Of a DNA stretch of 64,000 bases, positions 29,414 through 39,975 are shown one piece after another. Both the position numbers and the translations under genes were made by a program. Source of the DNA: Thermodesulfobacteriota bacterium. GTDB lineage: Bacteria > Desulfobacterota > Binatia > Bin18. Under the pieces are notes generated by a model. That model saw only the letters and a program-made list of their open reading frames with translations. It searched no databases and was not told the origin of the DNA. Location of the stretch: the NCBI GenBank assembly GCA_964291405.2, contig OZ219926.1, positions 640,001 to 704,000 on the forward strand, written 5' to 3'. Numbering within the stretch: position 1 is the first letter of the stretch; every line of letters begins with the position of its first letter.

Positions 29414-31081
29414 CTACATCTCCATGACAAACGGCAAGACAACAGGCCGTCGCCCAAGTGTCTTGCGAAAATAACGCCGTAAGGCCAGCCGAACCTGCTC
29501 CTTCACGACACCACTATCAGTCCGAGACTCGGCCGGTAGCTCATCAAGCATGGCGCGGACCACCTCTTTGGCGGCTGCATAGCCGTCTCCGTTCGTTGAC
29601 GGCAGAAAGCCACGCGAGAGTAGATCGGGTCCGCTCAAGAGTGCTCCGGTCTGTTGTTCCAGGCCGACGATGGCGACCACCAGGCCGTCCTCAGCCACGT
29701 GTCGTCGGTCACGCAGGACTTCTTCTTCGATCCCGGCCAACCCATCAACAAACACCCGGCCGGCGGGAACCGACCCGGTCAGACGAGCTTCCTCGGCATG
29801 TATCTCCAATACCTGTCCATCTTCGAGCAGAAAGACATTATTGGGATCAACACCCACCTCTCGGGCCAGCTCACAATGACGCGCCAGGAAACGATATTCT
29901 CCGTGTATGGGAACAAAATATTGAGGGCGCACCAGGTTGAGCATCAAGCGCAATTCGTCCTGGGCCGCATGACCAGACACATGCACACAGGCAATGGCCT
30001 CATAATACACCTCGGCTCCCCGTCGGGAGAGATGATCAATCAGCCGCGCAATGGTCCGCTCGTTGCCTGGAATAACCCGTGACGAGAGGATAACGGTATC
30101 CTTAGCCCCTAGCTGTATTCGCTTGTGATCTCCGACCGCAATCTGGGATAGGGCCGACAGGGGCTCACCTTGTGATCCGGTGGTGAGCAAGGTCACGGTG
30201 TGCGGAGCGCGGTCCGAGACCCTCGCAACATCGATCAGCGCCTCCTGGGGCAGCGGGAGGTGCCCGGTCTCCTCAGCAATGCCAATATTGCTCACCAGCC
30301 GTCTGCCCACAACGCCGACTTGGCGACCCTGTTTGACCGACAGATCAACAACTTGGCGTATGCGGTGAATATGCGAGGCAAAGGTTGCCACCAGAACCTT
30401 GCCCTGCGCGTGGGCAATAATATCCTCAAGCGGTCGGGTGATCGTTCGTTCGGACGGGGTGGAGCCGGCGCGCTCAACATTGGTCGAGTCGGACATCAAG
30501 AGTAGCACCCCTTGCTCTCCCCATTCGGCAAAACGATTCAGGTCGGATTGGCGCCCATCTATCGGCGTCTGATCGAACCGAAAGTCTCCGGTATGAATGA
30601 TGGTCCCGAGTGGTGTGGTAATAGCCAGAGCCGAGGCATCGACAATACTGTGCGTGACATGAATCCCTTCAAGACAAAAAGGGCCAATCTCCCAGGCTTC
30701 CCGAGGCTGGAATTCGTTCAGTTGAACCTCATCGTCAAGGTGATGTTCATGAAGTTTGTCACGCACTAAGCCAAGGGTGAACGGCGTTCCATAGACCGGC
30801 ACCTGAAATTCTTTGAGCAGATGCGGCAGAGCGCCGATATGATCCTCGTGTCCGTGTGTCAATACCACAGCCTGTAGATGGTGCTGCTCGCGCAGATAGC
30901 TCAGGTCGGGGATGACGATATCTATCCCCAACATCTCCTGTTCTGGAAACATCAGCCCACAGTCTATGGCGATCGCGACGGTTTCCGCAGAGCTGGCCGG
31001 ACAGTACTCAATCAACATCAGATTAAGCCCAATCTCGCCCAGGCCGCCCAGTGGCACAATACGCAGGCGACCCTCACTCAT
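29414..31081 (-). CDS. rnj: Ribonuclease J
   Basis: PLGGLGEIG, THGHEDHIGA, HTGDF, DSTN, GSQGEP, HVSGHA, PIHGE. Confidence 0.97.
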   Translation of the reverse strand: MSEGRLRIVPLGGLGEIGLNLMLIEYCPASSAETVAIAIDCGLMFPEQEMLGIDIVIPDLSYLREQHHLQAVVLTHGHEDHIGALPHLLKEFQVPVYGTPFTLGLVRDKLHEHHLDDEVQLNEFQPREAWEIGPFCLEGIHVTHSIVDASALAITTPLGTIIHTGDFRFDQTPIDGRQSDLNRFAEWGEQGVLLLMSDSTNVERAGSTPSERTITRPLEDIIAHAQGKVLVATFASHIHRIRQVVDLSVKQGRQVGVVGRRLVSNIGIAEETGHLPLPQEALIDVARVSDRAPHTVTLLTTGSQGEPLSALSQIAVGDHKRIQLGAKDTVILSSRVIPGNERTIARLIDHLSRRGAEVYYEAIACVHVSGHAAQDELRLMLNLVRPQYFVPIHGEYRFLARHCELAREVGVDPNNVFLLEDGQVLEIHAEEARLTGSVPAGRVFVDGLAGIEEEVLRDRRHVAEDGLVVAIVGLEQQTGALLSGPDLLSRGFLPSTNGDGYAAAKEVVRAMLDELPAESRTDSGVVKEQVRLALRRYFRKTLGRRPVVLPFVMEM

Positions 31082-31902
31082 GGTGTGGCCCTATATTCGG
31101 TCTCACGGCCGTCTTGTTCACCCAGACGTTCCGGTTGTACGACTTGTGGTAGGGATGACGTCTGCTCGGCATACGTCGGTGAGGACTCGGCGGTTTTCAA
31201 CTGAGCGGCGATTGCCGCCTCAACCTGCGCCAGCAGGGCGCTACGGGCCGCCTTTCGCGGGCCGTCTCGACGAATCGGAATGGGTGTCCCAAAGATAATC
31301 TCAATTTCTCCAGAACGGACTTTCCAGTCTCCAGGAGGGAGAATCAATCGGCTGCCGTTAATCGTGATGGGGACGACCGGTACTCCCGCCTCTACCGCAG
31401 CCATAAAACCGCCAGGCTTAAACGGCAAGAGACGACCGTTCTCCCCACGCGTCCCTTCTGGGAAAAACAGGACGGAGATATGAGCACCAAGCAGCTCCTT
31501 GACTTTACGCAATGTAGCAACCGCCTGGGTCCGGCTGCCCCGGTCGACTAATATTTGATGGGTCCGATACATACACGCGCCCAAAATGGGCACTTTCCGC
31601 AGCTCGTGCTTTGCCACCCAACGCAAGGGGAAATCTTCGAGTGCGACCATCAGAGCCAGGATGTCAAACTGGCTCTGATGATTAGACATAAAAATATAGG
31701 CCGAGTGAGGATTCAGTTGACTCAGACCCTGTACACGGACGGACACGCCGCACGCCCACAGATTTCCTTTTGCCCAGAACCGGATGAGACGGGCCGCGCG
31801 CTCGGCATATGGATCAAAAAAAGAGAGGAGATAGATTGGGCCGCCCCAGAACACGGTATGCAGGACAATAAATGCCATGCGTAGTGTGGCAAGAATGATC
31901 AA
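31078..31902 (-). CDS. plsC: 1-acyl-sn-glycerol-3-phosphate acyltransferase
   Basis: NHQSQFDI (HxxxxD), VDR, FPEGTR, FKPGGF. Confidence 0.92.
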   Translation of the reverse strand: MIILATLRMAFIVLHTVFWGGPIYLLSFFDPYAERAARLIRFWAKGNLWACGVSVRVQGLSQLNPHSAYIFMSNHQSQFDILALMVALEDFPLRWVAKHELRKVPILGACMYRTHQILVDRGSRTQAVATLRKVKELLGAHISVLFFPEGTRGENGRLLPFKPGGFMAAVEAGVPVVPITINGSRLILPPGDWKVRSGEIEIIFGTPIPIRRDGPRKAARSALLAQVEAAIAAQLKTAESSPTYAEQTSSLPQVVQPERLGEQDGRETEYRATP

Positions 31903-32028
31903 AGACCGCTCCTCTTTACCCGCTCCCTCGTCTCATTCTTATTATAGTTTCTTCTCCAACTGGCCGTCAACGCAGTTGATTTTTCTCCACCTGGGCATAC
32001 AATCGCAGTGGATTGTAGGAGGTGGCGT

Positions 32029-33099
32029 GTGATTGTGGAATGCCCTTCCTGCCATACTCGCTATCGGACCGACGTGGCAGGGGTGGTTGATGAAACAACG
32101 TTTTTTGAATGTTCGCGGCCAGACTGCGGACATGTTTTCCAGTTTGCCCCGCCGCTTGTCCAAATAGACCACCTTCCAGAACAAGACGTTGATCCAGAAG
32201 TCGCACCGTCCGAGGCCCCAGCCGACGATCCTGCCTTTACATCTTCTGGCGATTTCTCCTCTTCCGACACTCTTTCGACACAGCTATCTGCTTCTGATTT
32301 GCCCACAGATCAAGACTGGTCGGATAGCCTATCCCCTGATTTGCCCCCGGATAGAGAATCGGAAGCCGCAGATTCAACCAGCTCAGTAAGGTCTGCAAAG
32401 CCGAGGACGGGCCACGTCGCGCCCACTCAGTTCACCCCGGCCACGTCGCGAGCGCTTGATACCCGTCCGTCAGCCACAGACTCTTTCTCTCACAAGGACC
32501 ACTCTGACGGAGACCGGGTTAAGCAGCCTGCCCACCCAACTCCGACCTCGTACGAGACAGTTTTTTCATCCCGGTTACCCATCCTGCTCCTTGGCCTAAT
32601 CGTCGCCGGCTATGCCGGCTTGACCTTTATCGCCTCCTCCTACATAGAGCAGACCGCAGCAGTGTTCTCCCATCTCCCGGTACTCGGCTCCTTACTCGAC
32701 GCCGAACGCCCGTCCGCGCGACATATTGCCCTCACAAAAATGCGGGGAGGCTCTTGGCTCACAAAAGACGGACACCAGGTCTTTGCTATTGCAGGCAGGG
32801 CAGTGAACCAAGCCACGGCACCTGCACAGCGCATTCAAATCGAGGGCACGCTGCTCGGCGATAGTGGTCAGGTGTTAGGCCAGCGGCTCATTTTCTGCGG
32901 AACCGAGACCGCACCAGAAGTGCTCGAAAGTCTCTCCCGTCGGCAGGTGCATATCTTGCAGAGTCTCATGCCGCCCAAGCAGTTCTGGGTCGCAGCAGGA
33001 GAAGGTGTTGATTTTCTGATTGCTTTTACCGATCCGCCCGACCGGGTCGTTGAATTTAGCAGCCGTGTTATCGCGGCTCAATTCGGGCGATCTTCTTAA
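32029..33099 (+). CDS. MJ0042-type zinc-ribbon / DUF3426 membrane protein
   Basis: GTG start after AGGAGG; CPSCHTRY...[10 protein letters not shown]; low-complexity linker; single TM; C-terminal periplasmic domain. Confidence 0.8.
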   Translation: MIVECPSCHTRYRTDVAGVVDETTFFECSRPDCGHVFQFAPPLVQIDHLPEQDVDPEVAPSEAPADDPAFTSSGDFSSSDTLSTQLSASDLPTDQDWSDSLSPDLPPDRESEAADSTSSVRSAKPRTGHVAPTQFTPATSRALDTRPSATDSFSHKDHSDGDRVKQPAHPTPTSYETVFSSRLPILLLGLIVAGYAGLTFIASSYIEQTAAVFSHLPVLGSLLDAERPSARHIALTKMRGGSWLTKDGHQVFAIAGRAVNQATAPAQRIQIEGTLLGDSGQVLGQRLIFCGTETAPEVLESLSRRQVHILQSLMPPKQFWVAAGEGVDFLIAFTDPPDRVVEFSSRVIAAQFGRSS

Positions 33100-33293
33100 G
33101 ACTGTTCGTCAGTTCCTTTGCCTGATCCCTGTTCGGGCGTGACATCTATCTCATCGGGATTTTTCACGGCTTTTCGAAAGCTGCGTATGCCCTTGCCGAG
33201 TCCCTCCCCGATCTCCGGCAATTTCCCTGCCCCAAATATGATGAGGACGATAACGAGAATAATAACGAGTTCGCCAACACCGAGACCAAACAT
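33096..33293 (-). CDS. tatA: Twin-arginine translocase TatA/TatE
   Basis: [34 protein letters not shown]. Confidence 0.96.
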   Translation of the reverse strand: MFGLGVGELVIILVIVLIIFGAGKLPEIGEGLGKGIRSFRKAVKNPDEIDVTPEQGSGKGTDEQS

Positions 33294-33373
33294 GGTGAGC
33301 CCACTATAAGCCGGCCTGCGCTGCCGGGCAAGGCATACGCGTTTCCTTGCGGCCCGTGTCCGAGACAGCTAGA

Positions 33374-34582
33374 ATGCCTCAAATGTCGGCTGCGGTCTTA
33401 ACACCTTCCCCTCCCGCACAGCGTGACCCGCTCGTGCTTTTCCTCCTGTTCTCCCTCCTTCTCCATCTGATCCTGCTCCTGTTGTGGCCTCACTTCAAAC
33501 GCGCCGAAGCACCGCCACAGGAACAATTGACTGCGGTTGAGCTGTTACCGCCGGAGGCGTTCATCCCGCCCCAAGTCGCGCAGGTTCCTCCCCAAATCCA
33601 AGAACCGGAGCCGGCCGAAGAACAGCCCAAAGAAGAACAGCAGCCACCTCCGGCAGTCCCAGAGCAACAGATCGTCAGCGTACCGGATGAGGTCAATGAC
33701 CAAGTTCCGGACAAGACCCGTTTTCTCAGCGACCGAAATACCGCGGTCGAAGAGCAGACCGTCGCAGTCGGGACGCCGCTGACCAAACCGCCCGAAGAAA
33801 AAAAGCAGCCGACGCCGGACAAGGCCGACAAAATACCGCAGCAAGAGCCGACCCAACTGGCCCTCAACACACCAGGGCGCAGTCGGAAACCGCCAGTTGA
33901 CAATCCTCTGGAACAAGCGCTGAAGGATACCAAACACAAGCGTTCACCACTGCAAGGTGACCCCAAAGCGCGCAAAGCCAAGCCCCAACTCTTTGCTCGA
34001 CCGGATGACGTATTGGCAAAAGGCTGGCTGTCAACAGACGGCGAGGCGGAAGATGAAGAAGAAGCCCAGCGCACCCCACCCTCGGGCAACGAACTCCTGG
34101 CCATGGCTCCACCACCAGCCCGCGAAAATTTCCTCACCATGCCGGGACCGCGCGGGACCCTCGACTATCTGCCCGACGTCCGTAAAGGCAATCTCACCTT
34201 TCTCAATACCAAAGCGAGTCGCTTTGCGCCGTTTGTCCGCCGGGTTGCCCAGCGCGTGTTTCAGCATCTCCTGATTCGGCAGCGACGCAATCTCCAGGTT
34301 GACGATGTCGTGGCCGCCCGCAACTACGTGCAACTCCAGGCCAAGCTGGACGACAAGGGGGTGCTGCGCGGCGTGACCCTGCATACGCGCTCAGGGAGTT
34401 ACGCCGTTGACGAGAGCCTGTTGGACGCCTGCCAGCAGGGGGCGTGGGACGAAAACCCGCCGCCGGAGGCCAAATCCGAAGACGGGTTTTATTACTTTAT
34501 TTTCCGCTCACGCATCAACGCCCGTTTCGATGCCACCGGTCTACGTGGCATACTCACCTACCTGGAAGTCGGCCTCGTCTGA
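33374..34582 (+). CDS. TonB/TolA-like energy transducer protein
   Basis: SLLLHLILL TM anchor (SxxxH), Pro/Glu-rich linker, C-terminal TonB_C-like RSGSYAVD...NPPPE. Confidence 0.75.
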   Translation: MPQMSAAVLTPSPPAQRDPLVLFLLFSLLLHLILLLLWPHFKRAEAPPQEQLTAVELLPPEAFIPPQVAQVPPQIQEPEPAEEQPKEEQQPPPAVPEQQIVSVPDEVNDQVPDKTRFLSDRNTAVEEQTVAVGTPLTKPPEEKKQPTPDKADKIPQQEPTQLALNTPGRSRKPPVDNPLEQALKDTKHKRSPLQGDPKARKAKPQLFARPDDVLAKGWLSTDGEAEDEEEAQRTPPSGNELLAMAPPPARENFLTMPGPRGTLDYLPDVRKGNLTFLNTKASRFAPFVRRVAQRVFQHLLIRQRRNLQVDDVVAARNYVQLQAKLDDKGVLRGVTLHTRSGSYAVDESLLDACQQGAWDENPPPEAKSEDGFYYFIFRSRINARFDATGLRGILTYLEVGLV

Positions 34583-34672
34583 CTTCTGAACGATGATGAG
34601 CCTGCTTGCAAAAACCGGTGGGACTGCTAGCGTTGGGAGGTTCGCAGCCGTGCACGCCAGCCGCTATTATTT

Positions 34673-34726
<54 letters not shown>

Positions 34727-34745
<19 letters not shown>

Positions 34746-35194
34746 CTTTTCCCCTCTCGCAGATAAGAACGCAACCAGCCGTCCCGGATTCCTTGGGCGA
34801 CAAAGCTGGAAACTGATTGGCCTGTAATGCGGTCGAATTCAATCACATGGCCGTGCTTGGTCTGCCGCAGACAGGCATGTTCCTGATCTTCCTCAAACCC
34901 CAACCGCGTGAGCAAGTCCTGAATTGAGGCAAAGTGCAGCATCTCAGCTTCGGACAGGCGTAATAACACCCCTGTAGGCGTATCAACGCGGACCAAGCGC
35001 GACAGGGTTTCAACGTCATACCAGCCACGGAACTGTGCCTGCTCCCATTGAATGGCCACCACGTCCATCCCGACCGAGATTTCAATCACCTCACCCGCGT
35101 CCGGCCCCTCAACCCGAAACCCTCCACCTAAATCTAGGATGGACCCTTCACGAAGAGCCACATGGTCTCCAATATCAAGAATAAAGGCTGCCAT
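34727..35194 (-). CDS. Hypothetical protein
   Basis: ORF of about 155 aa from MAAFILDIGD; 3' end overlaps the tRNA; no family recognised. Confidence 0.5.
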
Positions 35195-35358
35195 ACGCTT
35201 TGGATCGGAACCGTTCTCAGGCGGTTCTCCCCTACTTCGTGTGTTCTTACATAGCACGCTGTACTGGAACGAGAACACCGCTCCATCTTCTCCAGGTCGT
35301 AGGCCCTATGCTATGGAGAGAGATATCGAAATCGATCAGAGATAAGGAGACTCGTATT

Positions 35359-36891
35359 ATGGCAGTCAAACACCCGACCATTGATGACCTCGCAGATATT
35401 GCAACCGGCTATGGCTTGGAACTGACCGATGAAGACCTGAAATCGTTTCAGGGGCTCATGGGTGGAGTTCTGGAATCCTACGCCCGACTGGATGAGCTTA
35501 CCGAGCCGAGCCTGCCGGTCTCCTATCCGCGGACGCCGGGCTATCGGCCCCAACCGGAAGACAATCCGCTCGGGGCCTGGTACTGGCGGACGGACATAAA
35601 GGGCGCAGCCTCAGGGCCGCTGGCGGGGAAAACTCTGGCCATCAAGGACAACGTCTGTGTCGCCGGCGTCCCCATGATGAACGGTAGCAACATCCTCGAA
35701 GGCTACACCCCGGAAATCGATGCCACCATTGTGACACGCATTCTTGATGCCGGCGGACATATTGTGGGTAAGGCGGTGTGTGAGAATCTGTGCTTCTCCG
35801 GCGGCAGCCATACCAATGCCACCGGTCCGGTGCTCAACCCGCACAATCACAGCCGCACAACGGGGGGATCTTCGTGCGGTAGCGGGGCGTTGGTCGCGGC
35901 TGGCGTGGTCGATATGGCGATTGGCGGCGACCAGGGTGGCTCGATTCGCATGCCGTCCTCGTGGTGCGGCATCTATGGGCATAAACCAACCTATGGCCTG
36001 GTTCCGTATACCGGCATCATGCCGATTGAAATCACGCTTGATCATACCGGGCCGATGACGCGTAGCGTGCACGATGCGGCTCTCCTACTTGAGGTGTTGG
36101 CCGGTCCGGACGGACTAGACCCGCGCCAGCAGGCCGGGCTCCAGGGCCAAGTCTATACCCAGGCGCTCAGCGGAGATGTCAGCGGGCTGCGGATTGGCGT
36201 GGTGGAGGAAGGCTTTGGCTGGGACGTGTCAGAACCGGACGTAGACGACAGTGTCCGAGAGGCGGCTCAGGCGTTTGAGAAGCTCGGGGCTGCGGTCACA
36301 ACCGTGTCCTTGCCCTGGCACCGCGATGGCCGGCATGTCTGGAACAGCATTGCCACCGAAGGCCCGACCCTGCTGATGGTTGAAGGGGGTGGCATGGGGA
36401 CAAATTGGAAGGGGCATTATACCACTAGCCTGCTTGATGCTGCGGCACGCGGGCGGCTCACCCGCCCGAACGACCTGTCGGAAACCGTCAAAATGGTCAT
36501 CCTGCTCGGCCGCTATATGCAGGAACACTATCATGGCCATTATTATGCCAGGGCCCAGAACATGGCCCGCGCTCTGGGAGCGGCATACGATGCCGCCCTG
36601 CAAGAGCATGACCTGCTGCTCATGCCCACCCTACCGATGAAAGCCACCGAAATTCCCGGACCTGACGCCAGTCGCGAAGAGTATGTGCAGCGTGCGCTCG
36701 AAATGCTGCACAATACCTGTCCGTTTGACGTGACCGGTCACCCTGCGTTGACGGCTCCCTGTGCGGTCTCGGAAGGCTTGCCGGTAGGCATGATGCTGAT
36801 CGGCCGACACGGTGATGACGCCACCGTCTTACGCGCCGCGGACGCATTCGAGAAAAACGTGTTTGCCGCGCCCACCCCACCGCAGGCGTAA
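35359..36891 (+). CDS. Amidase signature family enzyme
   Basis: AAGGAG RBS; AIKDN, GGSSCGS, GGDQGGSIRMPSSWCG (Lys-cisSer-Ser triad). Confidence 0.95.
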   Translation: MAVKHPTIDDLADIATGYGLELTDEDLKSFQGLMGGVLESYARLDELTEPSLPVSYPRTPGYRPQPEDNPLGAWYWRTDIKGAASGPLAGKTLAIKDNVCVAGVPMMNGSNILEGYTPEIDATIVTRILDAGGHIVGKAVCENLCFSGGSHTNATGPVLNPHNHSRTTGGSSCGSGALVAAGVVDMAIGGDQGGSIRMPSSWCGIYGHKPTYGLVPYTGIMPIEITLDHTGPMTRSVHDAALLLEVLAGPDGLDPRQQAGLQGQVYTQALSGDVSGLRIGVVEEGFGWDVSEPDVDDSVREAAQAFEKLGAAVTTVSLPWHRDGRHVWNSIATEGPTLLMVEGGGMGTNWKGHYTTSLLDAAARGRLTRPNDLSETVKMVILLGRYMQEHYHGHYYARAQNMARALGAAYDAALQEHDLLLMPTLPMKATEIPGPDASREEYVQRALEMLHNTCPFDVTGHPALTAPCAVSEGLPVGMMLIGRHGDDATVLRAADAFEKNVFAAPTPPQA

Positions 36892-36893
36892 AA

Positions 36894-37706
36894 ATGCTTA
36901 CAGTGGCCGCGCTCTATATCTATCCCGTGAAGTCGTGCGCGGGGGTCCGCTGTGCGCAGGCCACGCTCGACGCGCGCGGACTCCGGCACGACCGCGGCTG
37001 GATGATCGTTGATGGACACGATGAGTTCGTGACCCAGCGCGAGCATCCCCGCTTGGCCCTGATCACCCCCCAGCTTGAGGCCGACACATTGCACCTCTCA
37101 ACCCCCGATGGACAGGCTGTCTCGGTACCAACGACAGGTGTCGTCGGGCCAACGCGCCGTGTGCGGGTATGGCGAGATTGGTGTGAAGCGGTCGATCAAG
37201 GCGACACAGCGGCCCAGTTTTTCTCCGACTGGTTGGATGAATCCGTCCGGTTGGTCAAAATGACCGACTCCTTCGAGCGCCACGTGGACTCGCGCTATAC
37301 AAAAACCCCGGCACTCACCGGCTTCTCCGATGGCTATCCGCTGCTGCTGGTCTCGCAAGCGTCCTTGGACGACCTCAACACCCGGCTCGACACGCCGCTG
37401 CCCATGAACCGTTTCCGTCCCAACTTGGTGGTCACCGGCTGCGACCGGTATGCCGAGGACGGTTGGCAGCAGGTACAGATCAACGCCATCACCTTTGACA
37501 TCGCAAAACCGTGTGAGCGGTGTACGGTCACCACCACCGACCAAGCGACGGGCGAACGCAGCGTCGAACCGCTACGTACCCTGGCGACCTATCGGCGGTT
37601 CGGTACAAAAGTCTATTTTGGGCAGAACATCATTCACAGGACGGCAGGCACTCTTGCGGTGGGGGAGTCAGTCAAGGTTATGCTCAGAGAACAACCACGT
37701 TCGTGA
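36894..37706 (+). CDS. MOSC-domain protein (YcbX/mARC-like)
   Basis: IYPVKS, DRGWMIVD, FSDGYP, RFRPNLVV, EDGW, CERC. Confidence 0.93.
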   Translation: MLTVAALYIYPVKSCAGVRCAQATLDARGLRHDRGWMIVDGHDEFVTQREHPRLALITPQLEADTLHLSTPDGQAVSVPTTGVVGPTRRVRVWRDWCEAVDQGDTAAQFFSDWLDESVRLVKMTDSFERHVDSRYTKTPALTGFSDGYPLLLVSQASLDDLNTRLDTPLPMNRFRPNLVVTGCDRYAEDGWQQVQINAITFDIAKPCERCTVTTTDQATGERSVEPLRTLATYRRFGTKVYFGQNIIHRTAGTLAVGESVKVMLREQPRS

Positions 37707-37721
37707 CGGGGGGAGGACTCC

Positions 37722-38669
37722 ATGCTCGTAGACGGCAAATGGGAAGATGACTGGCAGATGAAAAAACGCACGGACACTCAGGGCCGCTTTGTCCGTCAGG
37801 AATCGACGTTTCGGCACTGGGTCACCCCGGACGGTGCGCCCGGTCCGACCGGAGACGGCGGCTTTCGGGCGGAGCCGGGCCGCTATCACCTGTATATTGC
37901 CTACAATTGCCCGTGGGCCTGCCGGGCTCTGCTCTACCGTAAGCTGAAGAAACTGGAGGATGTCATCTCCCTGTCGGTCGCTATCCCGGAATTCACCGAC
38001 CAGGGCTATAGCTTTGGGAAATACCCGGACTCCATTCCCGACCCGCTTTTCAATATCCGCTACGTCCACGAACTCTATACCCGCGCCGACCCCCATTTTA
38101 CCGGCCGTCCGACCGTTCCGGTGCTGTGGGATAAGCAGCGGAACACAATGGTCAATAATGAATCGGCTGACATTATCCGCATGTTCAACGCCGCCTTTGA
38201 CGCCTATGGGGACGCCTCAGTCGATTTTTATCCTGTAGACTTACGGCCCGAGATTGACGCCCTGAACGAGCGGATATACGAGGGCCTCAACAACGGCGTC
38301 TACCGGACCGGATTTGCCGTGAGCCAAGCGGCGTATGAGTCGGCCGTGACCGATGTGTTCACCTGCTTGGACGAACTGGAGCAACGGCTGGAGGGGCAGC
38401 CCTATCTCCTTGGCGAGCGGCTCACCGAAACGGATTGGCGGGCGTTTGTGACCCTGGTTCGCTTTGACATCGCCTACCACGGCCTCTTCAAGTGCAACCT
38501 CCGCCGCATTATCGACTACCCCAATCTATCGGCCTATCTCAAACGGCTGTACGACCTGCCCGGCGTAGCCGAGACAGTGAATTTCGAGCACATCAAACGG
38601 ACATATTATACCATTCGGAGAGTGAACCCCAGCGGCATTATCCCCAAAGGGCCGGAGCGGGTGTTTTAG
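37722..38669 (+). CDS. Glutathionyl-hydroquinone reductase (GST Xi/omega-like, YqjG family)
   Basis: GRYHLY..CPWA, TVPVLWD, NNESADI, NNGVY. Confidence 0.93.
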   Translation: MLVDGKWEDDWQMKKRTDTQGRFVRQESTFRHWVTPDGAPGPTGDGGFRAEPGRYHLYIAYNCPWACRALLYRKLKKLEDVISLSVAIPEFTDQGYSFGKYPDSIPDPLFNIRYVHELYTRADPHFTGRPTVPVLWDKQRNTMVNNESADIIRMFNAAFDAYGDASVDFYPVDLRPEIDALNERIYEGLNNGVYRTGFAVSQAAYESAVTDVFTCLDELEQRLEGQPYLLGERLTETDWRAFVTLVRFDIAYHGLFKCNLRRIIDYPNLSAYLKRLYDLPGVAETVNFEHIKRTYYTIRRVNPSGIIPKGPERVF

Positions 38670-38675
38670 GAAGAA

Positions 38676-38714
38676 GGGATTAGGTACTGGGAATTGGGGG
38701 TTAGCCCTAATCCC
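38676..38714. terminator. Possible hairpin between convergent genes
   Basis: GGGATTAGG (38676-38684) pairs with CCTAATCCC (38706-38714); 21-nt loop; no clear U-tract. Confidence 0.3.
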
Positions 38715-38715
38715 C

Positions 38716-39753
38716 TTACACTCGTTCCAATGACGGCTCGGCAATTTTTAACAATTGCTTACCCTGATTCTTGCCTTCAAACAGCCGCAGAAACGTGCGT
38801 GGCGCGTTTTCAAATCCCTCTTGGATGTCCTCCTGAAAGGTCAACTGGCCACTGGTAATCCACTCCGTCAACTCTTGGGCCGCCTGCCCAAACCGGGCAG
38901 CATAGTCAATGACAATAAAGCCTTCCATCCGCGCCCGCTGGATCACCAGATTCATATAATTTTTCGGTCCTGGCGGCGGGGTGGCCTCGTTGTAGCGCGA
39001 AATGCCGCCACACAGCACCACGTGTGCGTTGAGCGCAATATGCGCCAGCGCCGCATCCAGGATGTCCCCACCAACATTGTCAAAATACAGATGGATGCCG
39101 TCCGGGCACAACGCGCCGAGCCGCGCTTCCACGTCTTCGGTCTTGTAATCGATGGCCGCGTCATAGCGGGCCTCTTCGGTCAGCCAGCGACATTTTTCCG
39201 GTCCACCGGCAATCCCGATGACCCGACAGCCCTTGAGCTTGGCAATCTGCCCGGCAATCGAGCCGGTTGCCCCGGCCGCGCCCGATACCACGCAGGTCTC
39301 GCCAGCTTTGGGCTGCCCGACATCTAGAATGCCAAAATACGCGGTCAGACCCGTCACCCCAAGGACACCCAATGGCCAAGTTAATGAAGCGTCGACCGGA
39401 ATCTTTGTCGGCGGCATCAGACCACCCCGTTCACTGGCCGCCGCATACTCCTGCCAGCCGAAGCCGCCCTGTACGCACTCACCCGTCCGAAAATTCGGAT
39501 GGCGCGACTCAACGACCTGGCCCACACTCAGAGCCCGCATGACCTCACCAATCTGTACCGGCGGGATATAGCTCTTGCGGTCTTCGATCCAGCCGCGCAT
39601 GGCCGGCTCGAAGGCGAGGTACAGATTACGGACCAGAAACTGACCGTCCTCAAGCTGGGGCATCTCGGCTTCGTGATAGGCAAAGTCCGCTTCCTTGACC
39701 ATGCCCTGCGGACGGCAGGCCAAACGCCACTGTCGATTGATATGCTGGCTCAC
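38716..39753 (-). CDS. NADP-dependent oxidoreductase (MDR; prostaglandin reductase/CurA-like)
   Basis: NRQWRLA.RP, GLTAYFG, VSGAAGATGS, GIAGGPEKC, YFDNVGG, GKQL; start re-picked at GTG 39753. Confidence 0.92.
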   Translation of the reverse strand: MSQHINRQWRLACRPQGMVKEADFAYHEAEMPQLEDGQFLVRNLYLAFEPAMRGWIEDRKSYIPPVQIGEVMRALSVGQVVESRHPNFRTGECVQGGFGWQEYAAASERGGLMPPTKIPVDASLTWPLGVLGVTGLTAYFGILDVGQPKAGETCVVSGAAGATGSIAGQIAKLKGCRVIGIAGGPEKCRWLTEEARYDAAIDYKTEDVEARLGALCPDGIHLYFDNVGGDILDAALAHIALNAHVVLCGGISRYNEATPPPGPKNYMNLVIQRARMEGFIVIDYAARFGQAAQELTEWITSGQLTFQEDIQEGFENAPRTFLRLFEGKNQGKQLLKIAEPSLERV

Positions 39754-39975
39754 GAATACTCTCCTTCCAGACTCATCATCTTCCTGCCACACCATAGCAT
39801 TACGGTCATGGACCCGGCTATGGCGGGACGATAAAGTCCCAGGCGTACCCGCCGACAGACCGAGTTGTCCCCCTGCTCGACTTGGCTTACAATCGGGACA
39901 ATGCCTCCACCACTCTACGAGACGGAGGAGTGGAAACATGGAGCGAAAACCGATTGCAAACAGAAACGAGAAAGG

